A stretch of DNA of 64,000 nucleotides, taken from contig NC_043005.1 in the NCBI RefSeq assembly GCF_006345805.1, positions 92,070,001-92,134,000 on the forward strand, written 5' to 3'. A program made the translations under genes and the position numbers. The notes beneath the pieces are model-generated. The model made no database searches and was not told the origin of the DNA. It worked only from the letters and a program-made list of their open reading frames with translations. The DNA comes from Octopus sinensis (lineage: Eukaryota). Each line of letters begins with the position of its first letter. The first letter of the stretch is position 1. This document shows positions 23,906-35,500 of the stretch, piece after piece.

Positions 23906-26264
23906 GGGACAATAACCTGTGTGTGTGTGCGTTTGTGTGTGTGTGTTCTCTTCTGCTTTTGATTAGAAATCTCCCTGTAAGGAACGAGTTGATTTCTAAC
24001 TCAGATACAAAGTTCCATCGTTGGAATGTTTCTTGAACTTAAAACCAAAACAGAAAGGAAAAAAAATATTGCCCAGTCCTGCTAGTGTAGATATGAGGTT
24101 GACTGTAAACAAAAGAGAACCCCTATTTTGCATTATAGAGTAGCAATAAAATAAAACAAGCTTCTATTGGCACAAGGCCTGAAATATTAAAAAAAGGAGG
24201 TGAGCTGATTACATCGATCCCAGTGCTCAACTGGTACTTATTTCATCGACCTGAAAGGATGGAAGGTAAGCCTTGACGGAATTTGAACTACGAATGTAAA
24301 GACAGATGAAATGCTACCTAGCATTTTATCTGGCGTGCTAACGATTCTGTCAGCTCGCCGCCTCAACTACAGGAACAAGACTTAAGATGTTGAGGGTGAG
24401 GTCCAGTTGATTACATCGACCCCAATTCTCAACTGGTACTTAGTTTTTTAGATCCCGGAATGATGAAAGGTAAAGTCGACCGCGGCCGAATTTGAACTCT
24501 GAATGAAATATCGCTAAGCATTTTGCCTGGCGTGCTAACGATTTTGTCAGCTCACCCTCGAATATACTAATTTCAAATTTTGGCACAAGGCTAGCAATTT
24601 CGGGTGAATTGGTACTTCGATTACATTCACTCCAGAGCTCAACTGGTACTTATTTTGTTGACCCCTCAGCGGAATTTGAACTCAGAACGTAAAAACGAGC
24701 GAAATGCCACTAAGCATTTCCTCCGTCGTGCTAATGGTTCTGTCAACTGGCCGCCTTCACTTTCCCATCAAGCCATTTTACTCTAAATCCCTGCACCCTG
24801 AGTGCAGATCCCATTCAGGTAAACTTTGCCTTTCATCCTTCCAGGGTAAATAAATAAATAAACCAAGGCATTGGAATCAAGGGACTGTTAGAATGTTAGA
24901 CCAAATACTTTGCAGTAAATGTTATAGCTCGTTGCGTCCTGTAATCCCACTATGGTGTGTTTAGATGATAGATTTAAACCATCTCTTGATTCAGTAACGC
25001 CATCTTGTACCTTGAGCGCCTTTATGCAATCTTCTATGTCGGAAACATTTAAGACAATGCTCTTGTATCCTCCTTCCCTTCTACCAGGTCTTGGAGATCC
25101 TGTAAAGGAAAATGGACTCTATCTACCCTCTGACTAAAAGGTATAATAAAAAAATTAAACAGATACCAAATCTAAAAAGATATGCAAAAAGAAGCTTAGT
25201 TGTTGTGAAATAGTTGACAACAAAAGCAACCATTTACAAAATATTTGACTCATTTTATAAATTTGAAAATAAACAAAAACTTTAAAATAAAACAATCGGA
25301 GGAAACTTAACGGTGGGAATGGTAGATGTGGTGATAGTTGGGGTGATAGTGGTTGTGATGATGGTAGTTGTAATAGTGGTGTTTAAAAAGTAGTAGCAGC
25401 TGTGGTGTTGGTTATGGTGATGGTGACTGTGCTGGTGGTGGTGGTGGCCTTGTAGTGGTATTGATGTAGGTGGTGATAGTAGTAGTAGTAGTAGTAGTAG
25501 TAGCAGCAGCAGTAGTAGTAGTGGTGGTGGTGGTGGTGACGACGCCAGGCATTTCGTAGCCGTATTTCGTCTGCTGTAACGTTCTAAGTTCAAATTCCGC
25601 CGAGGTCAACTTTGCCATTCATCCTTTCGGGGTCGATTAAATAAGTACTAGTTACGCACTGGGGTCGATATAATCGATTTAATCCGTTTGTCTGTCCTTT
25701 GTGTTTAGCCCCTTGTGGGTAGTATAGAAATAGGTAGTGGTAACAGCAGCAGCAGTAGTAGTAGTGGTAGTAGTAGATTCTGTTTTTATTGTTGTTGCTG
25801 TCGTAGTAGTGGTGGACGTAATGATGGTAGGAGTTTGTCAGTTTAAATAGTCACATTTCCGGTCTGAATTGTTTACAAACGTTAAAGAGAGAAAGAATTG
25901 ATCTGCTTATTAATGTGACAGGTGCTACGGGGACAGAAAAACAGGAAAAAAACCCAAAACAGAAAAAAAAAAAACAGCGAAGCAATCGTTTAAAATAGAA
26001 CCATCAACATTATCTTCTTCGTTTATCATCAATATAAATTCATGCTTGCTGTCCTCGATTCATCTTCCCAGTTTACGATTGATCGTCATTAATTAGTTAA
26101 CCTCCGGAATGTTTTGTTCGCCACACCGACAAACAGAGTGATATGCAATATACAATGTGACAAGAGGTTTTCTTGTTGGCTTTGTTTATTTGTTATTCTT
26201 GTTTGTTGATTTATCCCTGTTGATTTTGCCCTAAAAAGGAAAAAAAAAGGCAAAGGCAAACAAA

Positions 26265-26455
26265 ATGAACGAAGACAATGCAGAGGAGACGGTCAACGAA
26301 CGTACGGAATTACTGGGTAACAAAGACATTCTGACAAAAATAGGCGGCTTCGGTCGCTATCAACTAAAAGAATTATTGATTTTGAGTCCACTTATCGTAG
26401 GCAATGGAATCTCGACGTTGTTGTTTGTCTTCGTACTCTATGTGCCAAATTTTAG
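26265..26455 (+). CDS. SLC22 exon 1 (MNEDNAEE...LYVPNFR)
   Basis: ATG at 26265; [12 protein letters not shown] motif; donor AG|GTAAA at 26456. Confidence 0.9.
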
Positions 26456-29400
26456 GTAAATCCAAAATACCTTTCTTCTTAATGATGCTGTTTATTGTTT
26501 GTTATTCTTTAATTTGTTTTTTACGTTTTTCCTTTATCACACACACACACAATGTAACCCACCACTCAACTGTTTATGCTGTTTAGTCCCAGAACAACTC
26601 GGATCCAGATATTATCGGCGAGATCTCTCCTGCCTTTTCTATTGTATCCTCGAGTATCCTACGTGTCATTTCATTATTTCGTTTCCAAGGCGGTAATTTG
26701 TGACCTAAAGATGATTTGGCTGTTATTTCTAGCAGATCGACCGACACGCAGAGACTCGTGTTTTTGGCATATGGTGTTCCTCATGACATTTTTTATTTCC
26801 ATACATAACATATAAACATGTATATCTTTTAGAACATTGTCATTGTATAAGATTTTGCTGGCAGATTTTAAAATAACATAAAACATTTATTTACATGAAA
26901 GAAAATTACCGGAAACCTTTCATCAAATTCTTCCAAATCTGTGGATATTCCCGTGACAAGGGATTCGTCGTTGAATCTTTGTGGATCGTAAACAAAAAAA
27001 TTCATATTAATGTTTTTACTTATTCTTTTTACTCGTTCAAATGTTATTGGAAATCTTTAATTTTGCCCATAATTAATTATAGGTCTTTCACCCCTTCCTT
27101 AGGATTTTATGTAAGTTATTTGTCCCACCTCGCCCTTTTTTGCATGTTTCGAGTCACATGTAGCTTATAAAGAACCTGTTCTTGCACTTTGTTCCGAGGT
27201 TAGGTCCTGTCTGCTGAGGTCAACTTCGTATTTCATCTGTCCAGGGGTCAATGAAATAAAGTAGTAATCTATGGTCATTTTAATCGTGTATCTTCCTTCA
27301 CTTTAAATTCTGACCCATATCTTACATTAGAATCAATTAATAGTTTTAAAAAATCATCTTGGTTATTTCTGTTAATATTAGAAATCATTATTTGTATATA
27401 TTTGAAAATGTTCATGATCCGCAAGTTCTATTCATATGTGTAGCAGTTTAACATAAAGCGAGAAATGACACCAAACTACATGTTATTATTAACTATTTAT
27501 ACTCTTCCCAATCTAAATAAAACATCCCGTTTAGCCCTTTCGTCTTCCAGTGATCTGATGAAATCAAATCTAAGTAGAGTATGCGGTGCCCGCAATTAAC
27601 TACGTCGTTTTTACGTAATATTAATGTAAAAATGTATTGGTTGTTCTCTTAATAGCAAACCAATTACATTTTATTATTACACTTATGTAAATTGAAAACA
27701 AATCATAAACGTCTCTAATATGTTTACTTAACTCTATCTGATATTTACTTTCCATATATACAGCAATCTCTCGCCATATCGCAGTTTATTAAAGCTTGCC
27801 TCGATTCCTCCGTGGTGTTGTTTTGCCTTTATAATTAAAAAAATATATACAAGTTATAAAAATAATTTTTAAAAATATACAGTACAGTACTGGGCAAGAC
27901 TTCCAACCTCCCCCAAACCACCCTTAAAATTTTTTTTTTCGACACAAACCCCATTTTTCGGCTACGGGGAATGCGAATCTGCAAAAAAAATTGGCAAAAA
28001 TCGACATTTCTAAATTACCACCCACCACACCCATTTCCTTCATTTTTAACTTTTTTTACAAAATTTTTTTTTTATTTTTTTTTTTTTATCAAAATATGCG
28101 TAAAAATACGGAGATTATAATTCTGAAAAAGATTTCCAAAAATCTTTGTAAAATTTCTTTTAAGAATTTTTTTTTTCTAAATATTCGGAAAAATACGGAC
28201 ATCATGATTCGGACAAAAATTTCAAAACATTTCTGTACTTCCGGTTAGGGTTTTAGGGTTAGTGTTGGGGAAAAAAGTCAAAATTGAAGAAGTTGGTGGG
28301 GAAAGGGGGGCATTTCACAGTGCCGATTTTCGGCAACTTTCTGGAACCTCCGTATCTGAAAATGGGGATTTTGGGGGGAAAAAAATTACAAAAATAAACA
28401 AATTTGGGAGAAAATGGGGGTGGGGGACGGGCGGAAGTCTTTCCCTGTACTGTTCCTACTTCGTGGATTTGCACCTATCGCGGTGGGTTTTGGAACGTTA
28501 GGTAAGGCCGGTTTCTGCGATTACCCTGGGTGTTACATCCATAAAGTGCTTACGGCGTGTCATCAGATCCCAAAACCTATTGTCATAAGCCTCTCTAGCG
28601 AGTTAGCTTTTGGGATCTGATGATACGCTGTAAAGCTAAGCACTTTATGGTCGTGAAACCCAGGGTAATCCCATAAGCCGGCATTATCTAACTTTATATG
28701 ATATACTGCTTTATAACTTAGAATATGATTCTTTTTTTAGATTTTTGTTTTATCGACAATATTTATATATTATTAGACATCCATCATGGCTGGTCAAACC
28801 AATCAGTTTCACATGAAAAATACAATGGAGTGTTAGTAACAAACCAATTATATAACTTTATGCTCATCAGAGTTAGACGATACGGAAGGGAATATGTCGA
28901 CTGCTCTCTATTGTCGGAGGTGGATTAGCACAACTGGTCAGCGGCTGCTGTGAAAAAGTTGGTGGAATGAAAAAGGGGCAAGGGGATTAGGAGTTTAGTT
29001 ATTTATTTTCTTTGGTTGGGTATGCTGTGAAGCCAGCAAGAGATGTCCTGGTGTCTTTGTTTTTTAAAATACCTTGATTCACATGAATCCTACAAACAAT
29101 TAAGCTGTAAATATATTTAATATAGAGGATATGTTAACCTTGTGAAGGGATGGCTGCATCCAAGGAAATACTGGTTCAATACCTAGTATTGTTAGGGAAC
29201 GAAATTCCCTTAAAACAATAGATATTATTATATATATTAAGCGTATAGTTTATATCCAGTTAAAAGAAGAAAAGAAAATGGAGATAAGGAAGTTGATAAT
29301 TATTTATTATTAACAAATTGGTCATCTTCGCTTAGGTCCACATATAACATCCCAAGGTACATCTTTTTTCTTCTCTGATGAAATTATGCTCATGTCACAT

Positions 29401-30214
29401 AAATACAAATTTAATTTACAAATTTGTTATCAAATTATAGAGTATTGATTGTTTAATTGGAACAGCTGTAAGAAGCGAAAATGACCAATCTGTTATTAAT
29501 AAATAATTAACTTCCTAATCTCCATTTTCTTTTCATCTTATATATATCATCATCATCATCATCACCATCATCGTTTAACATCTGCTTTCCATGCTGCATG
29601 GGTTGGATAGTTTGATTGAGGACTAGCAAACCAGGAGGCTGCATCAAGCTCCAATATGATCTGGCAAAGTTTCTACAGCTGGATGCCCTTCCTAACAACC
29701 ACTCTGAGAATGTAGTGGGTGCTTTTTACTTGCTACTGGCATAGGAGCCAGTCAGGTGGCACTGGCATTGACCATGTTTGAATGGTGCTTTTACATGCCA
29801 CTGGTATGGGAGAAAGTAGCAGTACTGACATCGGCCACACTCAAATGGTGCTTTTTACATGCCACTAGCACGGGTGCCAGTCAGGTGGCCACAATTACTA
29901 TTTCGCTTGGTTTAACAGGTCTTCACAAGCACAGCATACTGCCCGATGATTGAAGGGTATTTTTAAATAGGCCAGTTATGTAACACTGGCATAGGCCACA
30001 GCTGCAATCTCACTTGGCTTGCCGGGTCTTCTCACGAGGCTCCAGCAGGGGATGGTGGCGATCCCTGCTATACTCTTTCGTTACAACTTTCTCTCACTCT
30101 TTCTTCTATTGGCCTGCTCGCTTAGCCAGTAGGGGGAGCGTCATTTGAAGGCTAAAACAATGTGAAGCGCATTGTGACCAGCGATGTGTAGCAACATCTG
30201 ATAGCCTGGTCGGT

Positions 30215-30271
<57 letters not shown>

Positions 30272-30529
30272 TTATAAACAAGGGCATCTAAGAGAAACCA
30301 TCATGCTTGAAATAGTCAAAACCTAACTCTAAAACCCCATCATGTATTCACTACAGCATAAGGTGAAAAGGCAAATTGATAAATGAACTAGTGAAAATTG
30401 GATAATTCCAGACTCTGGATTTCTGGCTCTGTCTAATAAAATATACCAAGAATTGTACATAATTACATATATATACACACAAACATACAAATACTTATTT
30501 AATTAACAATTTTATCCTTTTTCATGTAG

Positions 30530-30609
<80 letters not shown>

Positions 30610-30637
30610 ATGTATATATATATATGTGTGTGGTATG

Positions 30638-30693
<56 letters not shown>

Positions 30694-32524
30694 CATACAT
30701 ATATATATATACATACACATATACATATATACATACATGCACACATACACACACACACGTAAAAATGTTACATTTATATATTCATTTTGCAAGATTCTTG
30801 ATGTGAATTTGTGTGTTGAAGCAGATATTGATGCATTTGGGGATGGTCATGTTGCCAGTTTAGCCAATGAAAACACACACACTATATATTTGGTGTTCAC
30901 TTGCTTCAGCTTCATTTTATATTAATTGTATTTTGGCCAGAGTTCTTTCGTCACACTTCTGTGACTTCATCAGTACTCCTTTGCTTCCTTGTTTCTTTTT
31001 TGTGTGTCTCTCCCTACTAGTGATCTACCATTGTATGTAGATTTTGCCCACAAACAAACTGTAAAGCTAGCAATGTAGTCTATAGTATAAGATGTATAGA
31101 GGGATGTTGCAGTAACAAGACAATGACATACGTAGGGGAGACAGCACAGAGCATCAGAGAGCAGGTAAATGAGCATTGGAGGGAACTTAAGGAAGAGAAG
31201 AGCTCATTGATTCTGTGTCAGCACACCGAGCAGGAACATGGTGGGGGGGGGGGTCTCACTCAACAACATTGAAGTTAAAATCTTGTTCACACATAGAATA
31301 GATGCAACACTTACACAAATTACGGAAGCTACACACATAATAGATGAACCTAGCTTGAATAGAAAACTAGAATGGAACACTAGCACACACCCCCAACACA
31401 CCACAACCTATGACAATAGGATCCCCATAGACTGATAATAATATGAATATAATACAATACACAGATAAATAAATGGAATTAAATAACTATGTACATAAAC
31501 AAAATAAATTAAATTAATACAAGAAAAACAAAAAGAAAAGAAAGAAAGAAAAAGTAAGTAGATATAAACAAATGAAAAAAATAAATAAAAGTAAATTAAA
31601 TGAACGAGTATAAACAGGGGATACTGGTAATGCAGGCACATTCACATACACACACACACACACACTTACTAAACATAGACACACACAGAGATATACGCAT
31701 GCGCAAATAAAGACACATACAATAGGAATACAAAATGGCAAATCATTAGTAAGAAAAGACACACGAAAAAGAAAGAAGAAAGCAAAGGTCCACTGATGAG
31801 GTCACAGAAGTGAGATGAAAGAACTCCAGCTGAAATACAATTAATATAAAATAAGGCTGAAGCAAGGGTTTTTATTGGCCAAATTGGCAACATGACCATA
31901 CCCAAATACAACAATTTATATATTTGGCGATTTTCTTTCTCTGTCTTCCCTTCCTTAGACCTTTCCTTTTTCTATGTTTCTGATGAAGAGCTCTGCTTGA
32001 AACATTAAATCCTCCTTCTTTCTTTCCCTTCTCGAGCGTCCAATAACACTATACTTGTTCCATGTCCTCGCGTTGTTGTGTTTTCTCTTTGTTCATGTTT
32101 GGATTAGCTATATATATATATATATATATATATATAAGTTCAGCAAAATTTAGATTCAAATGAATATGATACTTAAGGTAAAGGCACCAGAATTTGGTAT
32201 GGTATTATCCATATAAATCAAATGGGGTGATTATAATCAAAATAAGCAACAAGGATATCCAAGGTAGTGTAGTACAATCGTTTCATGCTACTTCATTTTA
32301 TTAAACAATGTAAGTATTACATCAGTTTTAAAATGTAAAGCAATCTTCAGCCACATTTAGAATTTTTTTAATTAAATGAACAATGTACATTTTTATACTT
32401 ATTTTGTTAGCCAACATTACAAAGAGGGTAGTTATATAGACAGAGGGGTTAATTTTATCATTAAGAACATGGTAGTAGAAGGTCCTTCTCCATCTGTAGA
32501 TTTTTTTATATCTGTAGATATATG

Positions 32525-32556
<32 letters not shown>

Positions 32557-35500
32557 TGTATATGTATTTATGTATATAGTTAAAAAGGACTGCATTTGTG
32601 TACAGACAAGCAACAAATATTGACTGAATAAAGACTCTGCACAAGTATAAAATATTAAATATAATTTTATTGAAACTGATTGTTAACTTTCTCCAAGGGT
32701 GTAGCCTGTTTAAACAAGTTGAATAAGCCACATACTTGGTGAAATTTCAAAGCCATTGTCAATAAAAATCACCTGCATATACATATATATGAAGTGAGAG
32801 GGGGAGCAGTGACTGTGTGTCTGTTATGTATAGACATGTCTCTGCATATTTGTTAGTCTTCCCTGAGTATTAACTCATATATGAAAAGTGGTTGGTTGAA
32901 AATACAAATTGTATATTTGAATTATTTCCATTGAGAAGTTTGCTTCCCAAACATGCTTACTGGTTCAGCCCCACTGCGGGGTACCTTGGGCAAGTGTCTT
33001 CTAGTATAGACCCAGGCTGACCAAAACCTTGTGAGTGGATTTGGTAGACAGAAACTGAAAGAAGCCCACTGTGTGTGTGTGTGTGTGTGTGTGTCCACCA
33101 CCACTTTTAAACAACCAGTATTGGTGAGTTTATGAAACTGTAACTTAACAGTTTGGCAAAATAAACTGATTGACTAAGTCCCAGGCTTAAAATTAAAAAG
33201 AAAAAGTTCTGGGGTTGATTCATTCAATCAAAATCCTTTGAGGTAGTGCTCCAGCATGGCCAATGACTGAAACAAATCAAATATAAATTAAATTTTGCGA
33301 CCCTAGGCCGGTTCTAGCTTCTTGCGTCGCTCCAACTATATCTGCATGCCTTAGTTTTCCGATCGCCTTGTTTACTGCCTCTTCCGCCTTCCATTTACTC
33401 CCTGTTCGTACCTTTGGAGGGTTTTCCCGGATGCTCTGATCTTTTGAATACCTTAGCATCATTACTGTCCTTGCCTTTCCTGCCTTATATTCTTCGACAA
33501 TTGATATTATTGGTAGTTGCAGCACGGGTTTTCCATATAGTGCAGTTGTATTCCGTGGTTTCGGCAGACCAAGCCATTTTCTGATAAACACACTGCATCT
33601 TAGTTTCATCCTTTCTACTCTACTCGAGGCTATTTCGTACATTTGCAATGGCCACATTATTCTTGGGTACAGCCCAAATTGCAGTATCCAACATTTGAAT
33701 TTTCCCGGCAGCGTTGTTCTGTCAATTGCCTTTAATCCTTGTTCTACTAACTCGTGTGTTTCTTTCCCTTGCTTCTTATCATTTAATAAGTCTCTATACC
33801 ATCTGCCGAGACTCTTTACTGGTTGTTCTTTCACCGTTGGTATGTCTTCACTTCCTATCCTGAATTTCACTTCTTCCTGCCTTCCTTTCACGAAAGCCAC
33901 GCTTCGAGATTTTTTGGCTTTGAATTTCATCCTTGTCCATCCTATCAGTTCATCCAACCGCTCTAACGTTCCCTCTGCTGCTTCTCTACTTTCTGATAAT
34001 ATAGTTACGTCATCCATAACAGCCCTTAATGGTGTCTTTGTAACAGCTTTCTCACAGTTTGTAGATCTGAGTAGCATTTCCATGACTAGCACGAATAAGA
34101 TGACTGATATCGTGCATCCGGCTGCAATACCTATTTCAAGCCATTGCCACTCCGTTGTGAACTTTCTTGCTGTAAATCTCATCTTCAGGTTGTTGTAGTA
34201 TGACATGAGCATTTGTTGAACATCTTTTGGAATCCAAAAGAAGTCCATCGCTGTTTTTATTATTGCGTGTGGAACAGATCCATACGCATTGGCAAGATCT
34301 AGCCAAACAATATACAGGTTTTTCTTCATTTGTTTTGCACAGGTGATGGCTTCCCAGATGGCAAATGCATGTTCTATGCACCCAGGGATTCCGGGGATTC
34401 CTGCTTTTTGAATCGCTTCATTAACGTACCCGTTATGCTGTACGAATCTTACAATTCGTCTAGCAATTATTCCAAACATGATTTTTCCGTCTGTATTTAG
34501 TAGTGAAATCGGTCTAAATTGGCCTAGTGTTTTTGCCTCTTTTTCTTTAGATAGATAGATAGATACGTTCGGCTATACACCATCGCTCTGCTACATCTTT
34601 CTTCTTCCACATTTCTCTTATCAGTGCAAACAGCTGTAATCGTAATTTCGGGCAATATTTATATACCTTGTAGCTCACTCTATCGTTCCCTGGTGCACTT
34701 TTTGCTCTTGCTTTCCTTATGAACTCATCCATTTCTTTCCGTTTGATGTCACTCAAATCAAATGGTACTCTTGGTTCAGGTGGTTTCTTCAGTCCGTGCA
34801 TTTCTGGGAGTACTTCATTTCTGTCAGAGTTGCTGTATGTTTCTTTCAGATGTTGTTCGAGCTCTTCTCTCGTGCAATCCAATTTTCCACTTTTACTTTC
34901 AGTAAATAGATGTTTCGCATATTGATAGGGATTGTTCACAAAGCTACAATAGTTTTTCTCTCTCTCCTTTCTTCTGCTCTTCCTTCTTTGTTTTCTTAGC
35001 AGATCTCAATGCCTCTTTTTTATCTCTTCATATAGCTGCTTTAGCCCTTCTCTTTCTTCCTCCTTTGCATCCCTCCATCTGGTTCTGAGTTTTTTCTTCT
35101 CTACTCGAATCTTTGCAATCCGTCTTTCTCTCCTCGTTGGTCTGCTCTTTGCCGTTGATTCTACCTTCCCTATTGTTTGCAGTCCAAATCTTTTCTCTCC
35201 TTCCTGGTAGATTGTATTAGCCAGGTTTTCGAGCTTTTGTTCGTTGTTGCCTTTGAATTTGGTGGTCATTCTTGCTACCTCGTCATCAAATTTTTTATAA
35301 CTCGCTGCGTCATTTGCTTTCGGCCACTTAACCTTTGTCCTCTTCACACCTATCAGTCTTTTTGACTGTTCCAATTCAACTGTGGAATGAACCTTTCTAT
35401 GGTTATTTTCCAGGGGGTTCTGGCCACACGTCTTATGGTTTATCAACCCACGTTGTTGAATTACTTTCTTCTGACACACCTTCCTTTGGTGGATTCTCAG

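Larger units (their letters stand above)
30830..31912 (+). mobile_element. Penelope-like GIY-YIG fragment (about 31020-31435) between short inverted pLTRs (30830-31003 / 31762-31912)
   Basis: [20 protein letters not shown]...[16 protein letters not shown]...QITEATHI...PSLNRKLEW; the flanks are reverse complements and each carries a hammerhead core. Confidence 0.75.
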
